A stretch of 62,877 nt of DNA, the filler included, from Basidiobolus ranarum (taxonomy: Eukaryota), in NCBI GenBank assembly GCA_040143965.1. It is 28 parts of 28 records of this genome, joined end to end, with 100 filler letters (N's around TTAATTAATTAA, not from the genome) between each part and the next. Parts side by side here need not be neighbours in the genome. Positions count along the whole stretch, not along the records: positions 24,808 to 26,957 come from JASJQH010010586.1; positions 27,058 to 29,207 come from JASJQH010010587.1; positions 29,308 to 31,455 come from JASJQH010010588.1; positions 31,556 to 33,703 come from JASJQH010010589.1; positions 33,804 to 35,951 come from JASJQH010010590.1; positions 36,052 to 38,198 come from JASJQH010010591.1; positions 38,299 to 40,444 come from JASJQH010010592.1; 21 more parts are not named here. The stretch is one strand, 5' to 3'. The translations under genes were made by a program, and so were the position numbers. Below are positions 25,232 to 38,687 of the stretch, one piece after another (position 1 is the first letter of the stretch; each line of letters begins with the position of its first letter). The notes beneath the pieces were generated by a model that saw only the letters and a list, made by a program, of their open reading frames with translations, was not told where the DNA came from and made no database searches.

Positions 25232-27057
25232 TCAACAGCATATAAGTATAAAGATAGCAAATATGATAGAGATAATAAACTTCATACTAAATTTGGTATG
25301 AGGGTCATTCAGAGACTCTTCTATAGTCTGGGGGTCTGTACTTGGGGTGTGCAGGCATAGGCCCAATTTTGAGACTCATTAATGTAGTAAATAGGCTTAT
25401 CTCAGATTTGATTTGATCAACAGTATCTATTAGGCATTTCGAGCAAAAGCTGTGAATTTTTTTTAGACCGCATTAGAGTATATAGAACGAAAACCAGCAG
25501 TGTTCTTCTCTCCCGATATCTCATATTACTCATGGTATATGGATGCCAATTGTTAGCCAGTTTAGAAGAACTTCTTTGGGTTGTCCTCACAATAGTGGAC
25601 TGAATAGCGTCAATTTGCAAGACAAATAAACCTCCTAGTACTAAGACCAAGAGCACCCTTTGCTTATGATTGGAGATGAAGTTCCTTGTATTCCGTTCAG
25701 GTCAACAAAGATTAGATCCGAAAAAATACGTCAAGTTATACAAAGATAAACAGAACCGAAAATCTTTTCGTTATATCGAGCAAGATCCAAAACTCATCTC
25801 GCATAATCTTAGTGATCGCAAAATATGAGAGTACTTTCCCGATTGACCCGCAGATTCCCCACAGTATGCTAGTACTATCACAGTTAAAGATACTTCAAAT
25901 ACTATTGTAGTTAGAGATGCCTCAGACACCTGCATTGACAGATAATTATCTCCACCCTCAAACACAGCCTTTGGTCTGTGAATCCTTCCATTTTCTAGAT
26001 CACCACTAGGGTGAGTTGGTCTGATATCACGGCCCATCCATAAAGGTATGACCAGAAGTCACGCCGGTGTTATCTCCCAGAGTGATCAATTTGGCAGATA
26101 TGAGGTTTGGATGGAATCCTCTATAGTATATGCCACGCTCGCCCCAAATACTACCTCTTACCTATCGCAGCCTTATTTGGTAGTGTTGTAGTATTCAAGT
26201 GAAGTGAAGCAACACAAATATCCTAAAAAATATCCATGGAGTCAACATGGGTATGTGATCTACTTCTTCCTGATTTTCACGAGGAATTTCGGCAGTGTCT
26301 TCCAAGAAAGCAATCCTATCCTTAGCTATGTTTACCTTGTCGCACTGAATATGATTTGTTTCTATTTTTGGATTTCTGCAACACTAGGCTATGGTTGGCT
26401 AGAGAATCTTGGCCATTGTCAGAACAAAGCTTATCGCTAGAGTTTCCATATTGGGTATAGTAACACTACAAGAGATACTTCATCTACATCCTCAAGCTCT
26501 GTAGTTTGTGATCGAAATGGCGTCTTTCCATCTAATCCACACTAGTAATAACCTGGCCTCCCACGTTTAAAGGCGCCACAACTAGATACAATAGCCAAAT
26601 TTTTCAACCAATCTGTTACGAATCGTCTGATATGTTTTATCATTTATGAAGTGGAATAAATACATTGCCGAAAATGCTCTAATAATGAATGTTGCGAAAA
26701 ATATCTAGCTAGGATAATATTCAGTATAATAATTTTCATTAGGCCATATGTTGTAAAAGCCTTGAAAGTCACGTAATGGAACTGAATTCTCTTTGTGGTG
26801 GCAGCTCCTACAAGTGTCCGACATGAAGTATCTGATAACCCTTCCGACACCGGATCAGACTCCGTAGAGTATGCTGATATCGATTCCGACGAGGAGTCAT
26901 TTGCCAAGTCTTTTGAGAAGTAGTACGAATGATGTCCATTCATCTCTCGCTCAATCANNNNNNNNNNNNNNNNNNNNNNNNNNNNNNNNNNNNNNNNNNN
27001 NTTAATTAATTAANNNNNNNNNNNNNNNNNNNNNNNNNNNNNNNNNNNNNNNNNNNN

Positions 27058-27354
27058 ATTGGATATACCCTTTTTATCTGATCATTCTCAAAGGACACTG
27101 AAGCCAGTATATTCTTTTGTCAGGCACCAGCATATTATTCAACAGAAAGCTGGACATTGCATTGTGGTATATCAGTCCTTAGACATTTCTAGAGGCTTGA
27201 TTCCCTTTCACAAAGACCCAAGAGGCAAGAGACAGACCTATAATATAGTACATCCCAGAGTTATTCAACTGTGGTTATTGCACCCTTTGGACACCTCACA
27301 AAACCCTTAGGATATTGCAGTTATAGTTGCTGCTTACATCTTAAAACAACTACA
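27058..27354 (+). mobile_element. LTR family F 3' end
   Basis: Close copy of 11579-11874. Confidence 0.7.
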
Positions 27355-27890
27355 GTGCATAGATTTTGTAAATGGATATGAAAAACTTTACTACAGGTTT
27401 AATGCAGATTGACTGAATCTATGCTGGTGCTTAATACATTCCCTGCTGCATCTTTCACAATGCTTAGAGATTATAGGCCCTGGCTATACATTCTGGGAGT
27501 TCCCAATGGAGTGCACCTATGGTGGAACAATGCTCTGTGTCAAATCATCAGTATTACTGTATGCTAATCTGATTAATAATATATCAGCAAAATTAGTGAT
27601 GCAAATAATGCAATAGGTTAAAAAAACTCCAGAGTATAATAACCTTCCAACGCAGGGCTCCTTTTGATGTGCTCATGGGTTTTTGCATTGTTAGTGCACA
27701 ATAAAAGCAACAAGACCCAAACCATGGACACCAAGCAAGTACCCTCTAATTTGGACCAACTTGTTTGTGTGATAATCTGATGGTATTTCTAGGAGAGCTG
27801 CAAGACAGACCTCTTGGTGAAATAGAATAAGACAGGCAATATTATTGTTTTAGCCATGGGGTAATCTTTTCAAGCAGTGACACATCCAAG
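27355..27890 (+). mobile_element. CACTA transposase C-terminal fragment
   Basis: Homologous to 53050-53580 (LLHLSQCLEIIGP..FWEFPME). Confidence 0.8.
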
Positions 27891-29207
27891 TTTGTTTATC
27901 TATGAGTGACTTATACTACTCTGCCATTACAGCACTCCAAAACCCTGTGTTGGGACTCTCCATAGCCTTTTGTACTGATTTGGATTCATCAGAAAAGGCT
28001 AAGTTAGCACTAGGCTCCTTTTGGCTAGTGTCAGAGTAGTAATCAGGTGGGGATGTCTTCCAATTGGATCTCCTAAGATGGGAATTTGGCACTACAACTT
28101 CTGGTCCCAATTTAGGCAATGAAACCATATCAGGCTTGGTTGAGGGAACTCCAGGTGAGGAAATTTAAATGTTTTCTCACCAATCAGGATCTGGTCAGAG
28201 AAAGAAGAATTTTCTTCAATTTTTGGTTGTTGTTCTTGATCCTGGATTGTTTTGATTGAAAATCTTCTTCTTCAGCAAATTTCACATCTCTTGACTTGAT
28301 TAGCCTCTTATTTGCAGTGTCCTACAGTCAGTACCCTTTTGTTCCATCACAATATCCCAAAAAACAACATTTCTGGCTTTTGTGGTCAAATTTTGATCTC
28401 TTCTGGTCTGGAATCATTGCATATGCCATACTTCCAAGATTTCTGAGATTAGCCACATCAGGTTTACTTCCAAACCAAGCTTGATAAGGTGTCATAGCCA
28501 ATAGAGACCTAGAAGGATATCTATTCCTAATGTATACTGCTGTTGCAACCTATTCAGCCCAGAATTGTTTTGGTAAACCTTTATCTTGAATCATTGATCT
28601 TGCCTTTTCCATTATTGATCTGTTTCCATGCTCTGCTACTCAATTCTGCTGTGGGGAATATGGCACTGTAGTCTGCTGTTTTATCCTATGTGTTGAGCAG
28701 AAATTAGAGAAGAGTTTTGAGACATATTCCCCTCCAGTATTGGTTCAGATAATCTTATTCTTTAGACCTGTTCAAGTCTCCACAATTGCTTTGAATTTCT
28801 TGACTGTATTGAAGACTTCAACCTTACTGGCAAGAAAGTACACCCAAGTATATTTTGACCTATCATCAATGAAGGTTCTAAAATACCTTTTTCCACCTAA
28901 GGATTTTGTCTGTGTTGGGCTATACAGATCTAAGTATATCAGGGCAAATTTTTGATCAATTTTGCTCATTCCAGAACCCACAAACAGCTGTCTGTGTTGC
29001 CTACCATATAGGCAACCTTCACATAGCTCCAAATATGGTGGAATTACAAAATGTAGCCCCAATACCTTTATATTTTTGTTTAAATTTCTCATATTATCAG
29101 CTCCTAGATGACCCAATCTCTTATGCCAGATTTCCCAGTCTAACTCTTCAGCTGTGGCAGTATTAACTTGTTCATATATTGGCCTAATATAATGAAGTTT
29201 ATACAAG
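27891..29207 (-). mobile_element. Degenerate copia GAG-pre-integrase and integrase
   Basis: WHKRLGHLG, CEGCLYGRQHR, TFIDDRSKYTWVYFL and TVPYSPQQN motifs. Confidence 0.88.
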
Positions 29208-29307
29208 NNNNNNNNNNNNNNNNNNNNNNNNNNNNNNNNNNNNNNNNNNNNTTAATTAATTAANNNNNNNNNNNNNNNNNNNNNNNNNNNNNNNNNNNNN
29301 NNNNNNN

Positions 29308-29388
29308 AGAGGCGCTGTGTTGTGCAGCAATCTGCATAGAATACAGGGCAAGGAAAGCGAGAATAGTGACAGATGTTTGGAATTTCAT
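29308..29388 (-). CDS. N-terminus (signal peptide) of a secreted protein, cut by contig edge
   Basis: MKFQTSVTILAFLALYSMQIAAQHSAS, with TATAAAA at 29451-29445 on the minus strand. Not in the ORF track. Confidence 0.6.
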
Positions 29389-31555
29389 ATTGTATGTTGC
29401 TTAGTAAGGTGATCGACGAACATTCGAACAAGACCATGGATTGATTTTATAGATTCGGGCACACCATAGATTTTACATGATAATTGGTACTAAAGTTTGT
29501 TATCAACCACTTTACTGATTCCACTTTCCATAGAATTCGGTATTTTAATAGTCATAAAATCGCTAATATAAGATTTTCCTCCTCGTCATTCAGAAATCAC
29601 AACACCAGAATCACCGTCACACCTGTTATGATGAGGTTGCCTAGAGAATTGCATCGCTATCTAGATAAGATTTGAACGAAAAAGATATTTTTAAACGCTC
29701 GTTTTTGATTCAATTTCAAGCTCGAATAAGATCATTCAAGTCCTAGGAATTGGATTTGTGAGGTTTCGTTTGCTGTTGAATTCAATTGTTTACGAGCTAT
29801 ATTGCATGCGCCTAATCAAATTACTATTCAACACTACAGAGAACCTTCTTTATCTCCATGACAATTGGATGGTGGTAACCGAGCCATTACATGACACAAG
29901 TCCACCTATTGTCTACTAGCAACCATCATATTATGACGATATAGCTAGTCAGATCTCTGACCTGGATAAGAGTCACAGCTCGGCTTCATCTGGTGAATCA
30001 GCAATAAATAGAAATTCGATGTTTTCGCCAGGGAATTTAGACTATTCTCCTCAGACTTGTGGCCAAGAGATGAATGCTGTTAGCGCTCGTGGACCTATCA
30101 TTGTGCATGTTATGGTGACTTACTATTATGCTGGTTTGAGGATTCAGTCAGCGATCTTCATAAAATATCCCAAAGGGCCAAAATTCGTCATTTAGCTTCA
30201 GTTGATACAGTTTGTGGATTCGATATTCTCTTAGACGATTGCTTGTGAATGGAGCAGTTAGTAGTTTAGAAGTGACCCCAAGCATGCGGGTTAATTGTTG
30301 GCACAAACCGGGTTTAATGATTCTCATTACTAACCTCTACAAGTATCTCATTTATGGTTAAGGTGATACCATAAATACTTCGGGGCCGTCCAATACCAAA
30401 AGGTAGCTACTGCTTTGATCATACCACTCGCTATGAGTTCTGCCTACTCTAGGATAGAGTGATCCAGTTCTACAATCTGCTTGTTGTAGCCATTCCCTCT
30501 ATGAGGAGCTTCTGATGCAAGCTAATAAGTAATCCGTGGCTCATCATGAAGTAAATACAATGCCATTCTATTCTAATTAGGAACAGGTCTAGCCCCCGCT
30601 GATCTAGGCATGTCTTTACTAGCTCCGCGTTTAGTACTAGGTCAACAAGAATAATTCATGAGATCAATTCTATCTGAACTGGATTGTTTACCAGATAGGC
30701 TGACTCTCAAAGATGGTGTAATTCAATGTAGTAGTTATTGTTAACCAGGCATATATTGAAGCAGTTAAGCCAAGGTAGATGGTAAGGATTTTTGAGAGTG
30801 TCACTAAGATAAAACTCAGACAGAGTGAGTAAAGATATGAGAAGTATTAAGGGGCATATAGAGAGGCAGCAATAGTACAGATGATTATAGTCAAACATAT
30901 TGGGGAATTGGATGTTTGAGCCACACTTCCATCTATTCTTCAATGTGAATTATTCTATAACAAATTATACTGATCTCTTGACTCCTTTATAAAACACATT
31001 CACACCCGGTCAGTCTATTGTTTAATTAGTAACTAATTAATAATATAGTAATAGAGAGCATATTTCCCAAAGTTGTCCAGTTAAACATATACCAAAATTG
31101 ATAGCAACATGCCCTGGATCAAGTTCTTCTAGACTAAGGGTACAAAAGTAAGTTCCACAATGTTTCTATTTACCAAAGTTTGATTTTATAAGAATAATCA
31201 AATTGAGTGTATAGGAATTACTGTGTTTTATTTGTAATACTTGTTGAGAAATGATAAGGGCAAACCTTTCAGAATTGGAAAGTATACTTGTTTGATAACA
31301 AGTCACTATTTTTCAACACATGACTTGTATTTTGAGAAATTGAAATTAAGGGGGATGAAAAGCACCAGGTGGTGTGGACTTTATTTAGCTAATCTAAGCA
31401 AAGTGACAATTGTGACATCAATCATTTAAGATATTGCAACAAAACTGGATCATATNNNNNNNNNNNNNNNNNNNNNNNNNNNNNNNNNNNNNNNNNNNNT
31501 TAATTAATTAANNNNNNNNNNNNNNNNNNNNNNNNNNNNNNNNNNNNNNNNNNNN

Positions 31556-31761
31556 CTTAAGATACTATGAATAAAGCTTTCATTATCTTTTGAATGTGCA
31601 ATAATGTCTAAAAGTACTTTTCTTAAACCTACCACATAAGTAAAATAAACTGTTTCCAAAATGGTAAATAACATTGTGCCGGAGAGTGCCCAATCATGCC
31701 AATTTGTGCTGGCACAATTTTTAGCTGGCCTGATCTGGCTCAATAAAATGGAACAAGTCTT
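31556..31761 (+). mobile_element. hAT-like DNA transposon terminus (end 1)
   Basis: Ends ATGGAACAAGTCT; inverted copy of 33561-33703. Confidence 0.65.
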
Positions 31762-33282
31762 ATGACACACTCTATGTACCAAACCTAACTAAGAATGTAC
31801 TCACGCTAAATCAAGCAACATCCCAAGGAATAAATTTTTTGTTTGGCCTGGCTGGATGCACCATCTCAGGCCAGAATAATACTAAAAATTAGCCACTGGG
31901 ATCAGAAGTCAAACCTTATACCAGCCAGATATTTCCAAATTGAGTTCTGAGCATGCAAACTTGGCCAAACCACTGAAATAAGCTATGAAACCAGGCAAAG
32001 AAACATAGGCAACTTTGAGGAATAAAAACTAACCTAAATGATCCAAAATCAGCTTATTTCTGGCTTGGAAATTGAGAATAGTGCTCCATTGGATTTTGGT
32101 CAAGGTTGCATTAAAGGAAAACATTACAGACAGCCTCTATCAAGCTCTGGAGCGGTCAAATCCACTCCAAATTTTGCCCTGATTAGTTCTGACTCATGTA
32201 GCCCTGTGAAAAACATCTCACTAGGTGGCAAAAGGTACTTTAAAACCTTTATTGTTAACAAAGCAAGATGCACTTGGGTATTCTTTCTCACATATAATTC
32301 CAAAGCTCTAGCTACATTCAACAGCTACTAAGTAATGGTAGAGAAAAAAATCAGCACAAAATGTAAGGGGACTAAGGAATGCAAATGGCTGACACTGGTG
32401 GAGAATACTGCTCCAAAGACTTTGCTTGTTTCTGTTTGTGAAATTGAATTAAGCAACAAACTACTCACCCCTTCACTCCACAGCCAAATGGAGTTGCAGA
32501 ACATGCTAACAGAACCATTATGGGGATAGCAAGATCAACGTTACCTGATCAAAAGTTAGGTTACCAATTTTGGGCTGAAACTGTCTCTGCTGCAGGCTTC
32601 AGGAAATGTCTGATGGAAATCCAGCCAAATTGGAGCCCAATTGAATCAAGATACCAGCCCAACTATGTCAGAGAAATTTTCTGTACCTAGCAGTTCATTC
32701 AAAAGGAGAAATTAGCCAAGGAACTCTGAGAGCAATTTATTAATGATGTATATGCTTATGCAGCATTCTTTGATGAGCTATAGAATACAGATCAAGCTCT
32801 AGAGTGTCTAGAATCCAGGATATGAGAATAACAATGTTTGATAGGTTTACTTCACTTTGGGACAATAAAGGGTGGGTTTTAAGTCCTGTACCATCAGGGA
32901 CCAAGCCTATAGCTTGTATTTGCATGAACAAAGTCAAAACTAAGCTGATGCAACCATCAAAAGAAGCAAAAAAGATCAGTGGCAAAAGGTTCTTCCCAGA
33001 CTCTGGAAGGTAGTTTTAATGACACTTTTGCTCTAGTAGTTACATTCAGCTCCATTGAATAAATCCAGGCACTCTCAGCTGTCCATAACCTTGATTTACA
33101 TCAAATGGAAGTACAAGCAGCCTTTCAGAATGGGAATCTAGAAGAAGCAATCTATATGGAGCTACCGGATGGATTTGTTGACTAAACACCCTAATATGGT
33201 CTGTAAGCTGCAAAAATTGCTGTACAGACTGAATCAAGCACCCAGGGCATGGTACAACAAGATAGCTACCAATTTGCAATCT
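31762..33282 (+). mobile_element. Degenerate copia pol (protease linker, integrase, RT)
   Basis: LYVPNLTKN, GCIKGKHYRQP, SLGGKRYF and LYRLNQAPRAWY motifs. Confidence 0.8.
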
Positions 33283-33560
33283 TGATAAAAGTGTTTAGGG
33301 GACTTGGAAGTGCTTTGGCCAAGATTCAAATTTGTCCATTAGATACTTAGGTTTTATTGAAATGAAAAATATCCATTTATAGCTTAGTGTGAAATAGAAC
33401 TATTGGACATGCTTACATCATAACAAACATCCCTGTTAAGCAAAGTTGAGAATATGTGGTGACCTGGAGTAGTTTTCAGAAAATAGTGAAAATTAGTAAA
33501 GTGTTCTAATGATATTTCTCACAATCAGAGAAACAGATACATGTTTTTGAATGGCAGAAT
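33283..33560 (-). mobile_element. Copia LTR family B, interrupted by the hAT-like end
   Basis: Reverse complement of about 5835-6114; ends TTTTATCA. Confidence 0.8.
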
Positions 33561-33703
33561 TAGACTTGTTCCATTTTATTGAGCCAGATCAGGCCAGCTA
33601 AAAAGTGTGCCAGCACAAATTGGCATGATTGGGCACTATCCAGCATGATGTTATTTACCATTTTGGAAACAGTTTATTTTACTTATGTGGTATGTTTAAG
33701 AAA
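33561..33703 (-). mobile_element. hAT-like terminus (end 1), TIR TAGACTTGTTCCAT
   Basis: The same TIR occurs at 45992 and 58285 (1 mismatch), and truncated at 47174. Confidence 0.7.
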
Positions 33704-33803
33704 NNNNNNNNNNNNNNNNNNNNNNNNNNNNNNNNNNNNNNNNNNNNTTAATTAATTAANNNNNNNNNNNNNNNNNNNNNNNNNNNNNNNNNNNNNNNNN
33801 NNN

Positions 33804-34095
33804 GGGTGGTAGGGACTACAAGGACCAATACTAAGAGAGATGATGTAAGGATGATGTAAGAATGATCAGGTGACCTTCCATTGAAAGTCTTGGCAGAAAT
33901 ACACTATGTGTGGGATGCCATGATTGGTTAGGTTTCATGGAATGTTCCAAAGAACATGACTTCCATATAAGGTAATCTGGATGAACTAACACAAGATTGC
34001 CAAGAAGAGATGGCAGAGCAGATATGATGTCATAATCTAATAATAGAGATGTTCTATTTGAAGTGGATCAGTATGCCAAGATTAGAATCATGACA
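33804..34095 (-). mobile_element. LTR family E, 5' part
   Basis: Reverse complement of about 34685-34960. Confidence 0.8.
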
Positions 34096-34451
34096 TCATT
34101 ACACAGACCTACATTTTCAGAGTCATATATACTGGGAAAAAAGCTTAAATTTACCTTGAAACCAGGAATACCACTTGGAAGAGTGCTAAATTTGGAATTT
34201 TTTTCAACACCTGACATCTCTCAACAAACCAAAGCACCAGCAAATGAAACTCATAGCTCTCCTATCTCAACTGGTACTTTTCAAAGTGTTGAAATTAGCT
34301 CCAAAGTCAGAGGCATGCAAAAAGCCACACATACACCACAAAGCTCCATCAGTAGTCTCACACTACAAGGAGGTACAAAAATAGTCCAAGTATGACAATG
34401 AATCAAATCCTGTTACTCTTCAGCCATTGCAGATCTCCAGGGTTCATAAAC

Positions 34452-34684
34452 TGTCAAAGTATTTGGGAGCCTGCTGGGAGTGGTTTAGAGAATTAGAGGA
34501 ATGGGTGGTTTTCAATTATTGATTTATTGAGTAGAAAGTTGACATTGATAGTTTTGTCAAGATGTAAAAATCTGGCATGTAGAATGTGTTAACGAAGGTC
34601 CCAGGAAAATGTGTGCAAAGTTTGAGGCATAAATTCCAATTGAGAATAATTGATAATATCTTAGTGAGTTATGAGCTAACTAAT
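34452..34684 (-). mobile_element. Copia LTR family A with a degenerate PBS, interrupted by LTR E
   Basis: GGTTCATAAAC precedes TGTCAAAGTATTTGGGAGCC. Confidence 0.75.
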
Positions 34685-35205
34685 TGTCATGATTCTGATC
34701 TTGGCATACTCATCCACTGCAAGTAGAACTCTTCTATTTTTGGATTATGACATCATATATGCTACGCCATCCTTTCTTGGCAATCGTGTATTAGTTCATT
34801 CAGGTGACCTTATGTGGAAATCATGTTCTTTGGAACATTCCAAGAAATCTAACTAATCATGTCATCCCACTCATAGTGTATGACCACCAAGACCTTCCAT
34901 GGAAGGTCACCCAATCATCCTTACATCATCCCTCTTTGTATTGGTCCTTGTAGCCCCAACATGCTAACACTTGAACACTTGAACTTGCCACATTTTATTC
35001 CTAATACAGTATATTATGTCTCACCCAGAAATTTCTATATAAGCTCTGTGTATTCCTTGATTAGACTGAGGTCTGATCAATGCCAGTTATCAATAAAGAT
35101 TCTTGCCAAAGTATCTTTCCTGTCCAGTCTTGTCTTGTCTTGTCTTGTGGTCTACACCAAAGTATTCTCCTGCCTTGCAGCCTCTAAGTTTACAGAAGAT
35201 TGACA
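34685..35205 (+). mobile_element. LTR family E, complete 521-bp solo-type LTR
   Basis: TGTCA...TGACA ends, TATATAA at 35036 and AATAAA at 35092. Other pieces at 33804-34095, 45037-45110 and about 46920-47170. No TSD seen. Confidence 0.8.
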
Positions 35206-35329
35206 GCATCTGTGCCAGTATTAAATATAATTCCTGTTGTATCTTTCACAATGCTTAGTGAATATAGAACCTTTGGGTATATTCTGGGAGTTCCCAAAGG
35301 AGCATACCTGTGGTGAAACAATGCCCTGT

Positions 35330-35951
35330 ACACCTTCAGAATGCTGTGCTTGAGAATATGTGTTGGACCATTAAGCCTACACAACAATCTGAAATTGCTT
35401 GGTCATGTGAAAGTAGACATCTCATGGGAAAACCAGCAAACCAAAAGACTCTGAATGACAGAGCTGCCATCACTTGCTCTGATGATGAGTGGTTTAACAT
35501 TTTGGAAACTGTGTGAAATCTTGCCCAAAATCACCTGGATTTGAGCCAACGGTGGAAAACCAAAAACCAGGCATTACTCTGAAGGTTCTTGACTTTTTTC
35601 ATGTTGCTTATCCTTGGTTTTGCAAGCAAATGGCTATTGGGCTAGTATAGGCCTATTCATGACCCATCCCAAAAATGTATGCAATTATCAACTTGGAAGA
35701 GAAAGAAAAGCAGCTGAAAAAGTACTCAAGGAGCAGGAAGTTAGTAAACACAAGGGAAAAGCACAGAAGCCAGTGAGTTTTAGCTCTACTGTCCCAATTA
35801 CCAAATTCTTCACACCATTACAAAGATCTGCATTTCCAGAGTCAGATATACTGGCAAAAAGCTTGATTTCACCATGGAACCAGGAGCACTAGTTGGCAGA
35901 GTGGTAAATTTGTAAAGTTATCCAACACCGGGCACCTCTCAGCAAGCCAAA
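35330..35951 (+). mobile_element. CACTA-like ORF2 fragment
   Basis: WTIKPTQQ...CSDDEWFNILETV...WASIGLF..KNVCNYQLG. Confidence 0.8.
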
Positions 35952-36051
35952 NNNNNNNNNNNNNNNNNNNNNNNNNNNNNNNNNNNNNNNNNNNNTTAAT
36001 TAATTAANNNNNNNNNNNNNNNNNNNNNNNNNNNNNNNNNNNNNNNNNNNN

Positions 36052-36428
36052 GTAGAAGTTTATTGTCTTTATCATATTTGTTATCTCTATCTTTATGCAC
36101 CTAAATATTTCATATATCACATATAAGTTACTTAACATTACTTAGTCAAATATCACTTAACTGCAAATCACAACATTTATTATATATGTATGTGAATAAT
36201 GTGAGAATTAGCAATTCCATATTGGAAATTTCAAACTCATTCAAATTACCCCAAAGATAGCTCATTTTACTCCCACAGATGTTCTGAGCACAACCCCAGT
36301 GTTAGTTTTCTGTGTTTTTACCAAAATTTATAAATGATTTATTTTGGGACAATAAGTAAATATCTCACAAAGCCATTCACAACTTTGCTTTTCTAAAGTC
36401 CCTCCAAACAGCTCATATTTTCCCAATA
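36052..36428 (+). mobile_element. Copia LTR family D
   Basis: Matches 23334-23712; ends TTTCCCAATA. Confidence 0.85.
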
Positions 36429-36979
36429 CTGCTTAGACACTGCTCTAGCTACTTTTATTTCTTTTCCAAGTCAATAATTACATGAATTTTTAAGCTATTT
36501 CATGAATAGGCCTATACTTGCCCAATTGCCATGTTGTACTACTAGAAACATGTACATTTTGCAAATAAAGTGTTCTTCTCATTTTGGCTGACCATAATTA
36601 CCTGATTTCCTTGGGTGAGTATCTGTCAAGTATTCAGGCAGAGCATCCCTTTGCAACTGAAATAAATATTGTATGCCAATATCATGGGCTGATATTAGAG
36701 TACACAGCTTCACATATAAAATTTGATAAGGGCAATCCATCCAGCCACTTCCTGTATATATATTCATGTAATTATTCTAAGTCAAAATGAGTATCAGATT
36801 TTGCAATTCAAACCATATCAAATAATAAGCTTAAGTGGTACTTATTGTTCACAGGTTTATGGCAGCTTTCTTTTCACTGCCCAGCACCCATGATGGTCCA
36901 TGAGCATAGCTAAATAAGCCATTTTTACTATTGTCACATTCTTAATGTTTGGTGTTCAACTGAGTTGTATCTACAACCA

Positions 36980-38198
36980 ACTTGGGGTAATCAATTCAAA
37001 CAATGACACATCAACTTGTAGCCAGACATTTGTTAACAGCAAGTTGGGGATATTTCGGCTGAATTCTTAACAGAAATCTGCCAAATTTCCAAGAGCTTAT
37101 TCTCTGTGAACAATAACAAGAGTCAGCTATTTGCCAAGTGTCAGTCCTATTCAAAATTGCCAATGTTTAGCAATTTTTCCACCATTAGTTTGCTGGTAAA
37201 GCATATTGATGTTGCTGAGTTATGTCTGATCAATCAAGTGTTTGCATATGTAGAGACTAAACACAACAAGCTTCTTGTATTTTTTGATTCTCATTATGGC
37301 TGGAATACAAAGCCTGGAATATATTAATAAAGGCATGCATATCAATTCTAATTCCTGCAGCAGTAAACCCAGTAATTTGCCATTCAAAAATTAGATGTTT
37401 GCAAAAATTGCTGGAAAATAAATAAAGCATGCCAAATATGGGGATCAATATTTTAACATGTAAAAATACCATCAAAATACCCTTATAAAAATAAAATTGA
37501 TTTGATCTGGATTGGATTCACCATCTGAAATAGCAAAACCATCCGAGAACCATCAAAATATTGGTGGCTGGCATTCTGCCAGGGATTTTGATGGTGTGAT
37601 GGTGGTTTCTTGACAGAATTTTGATGGTATTCATACATGTTAAAATATTGATCCTCAAATTTGGCATGCATTATTCAATATCCAGCATTTTTTGCAAAAA
37701 TCTAATTTTTGAATTGCAAATTATTGGGTTTACTGCTGTAGGAATTCAAATTAATATGCATGCCTTTACTGAGACATTTTAGGATTTATATTCCAGCCAT
37801 AATGAGAATCAAAAAATACAAGAATCTCATTGTGTTCAGTCTCTACATATTCACATACTTGACTGATTAGACATAACTCAACAACATCAATATGCTTTAC
37901 CAGCAAACTAATGGTGGAAAAATTACTAAACATCTGAAATTTTGAATAGCACTGACACTTGGTAAATAGCTGACTCTTGTTACCATTCGCAATGAGAATA
38001 AGCTCTTGGCTTATGCAAATTTCCATAGAGAATTCCACCAATATATCCCCAACTTGCAGTCAACAAATGTCCAGCCACAAGTAGATATGTCATTGCTTGA
38101 ATAGATTACCCCATGGCTAAAACAATAATACTGCATATCTTGATCTATCTCACCAAGAAGTCTGTCTTGCAGCTTATGTAAAAATACCATCAGATTAT
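36980..38198. mobile_element. Two CACTA right-end regions in opposite orientations (~36980-37478 plus, ~37480-38198 minus)
   Basis: ORFs 37106-37327(+) and 37766-38041(-) encode the same peptide (NKSQLF.KCQ.YSK..MFSNFSTISLLVKHIDV). TIR variant at about 37480. Confidence 0.8.
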
Positions 38199-38298
38199 NN
38201 NNNNNNNNNNNNNNNNNNNNNNNNNNNNNNNNNNNNNNNNNNTTAATTAATTAANNNNNNNNNNNNNNNNNNNNNNNNNNNNNNNNNNNNNNNNNNNN

Positions 38299-38687
38299 GG
38301 CTCATAACCTATTTGGAAAATATGGGCTGTTTGGAGGAACTTTAGAAAAGTTGAGTTGTGAATAGCTTTGTGAGATAATTATTTATTGTCCAGAAATAGA
38401 GCATTTGTACATTTTGATGGATATACACAGAACTAACACAGGGGTTGTGTATAGAACATCTGTGGGAGTAGAATGAGCTATCTTTGGGGCAATTTGGACA
38501 AGGTTGAAATTTCTAATATGGAATTACTAATTCTCACATCATTCACATATATATATAATATATGTTCCAATTTTCAGCTAAGTGATGTTTAACTAAGTAT
38601 TATTAACTAGCTTATATGTGATATATGAAATAGTTAGGTGTATAAAGATAGAGATAACAAATAAGATAAAGACATTAAACTTCAACA
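38299..38687 (-). mobile_element. Copia family D 5' LTR (38310-38687) and PBS (38299-38309)
   Basis: The reverse complement reads TGTTGAAG...TTTTCCAAATA GGTTATGAGCC. Confidence 0.9.

Noticed and set aside
25400-26957. Possible GTPase or kinesin pseudogene on the minus strand (GESAGQSGK, IFVDLNG)
   Set aside because: The motifs are weak and in broken frames, so no family could be supported.
30650-30960. Hydrophobic broken frames suggesting a membrane-protein pseudogene
   Set aside because: No recognisable motif; this can arise by chance in AT-rich DNA.
31556-33703. Inverted repeats at both contig ends as a composite transposon carrying copia DNA
   Set aside because: The TIRs face the wrong way and both are the same end type, so these are two separate insertions.
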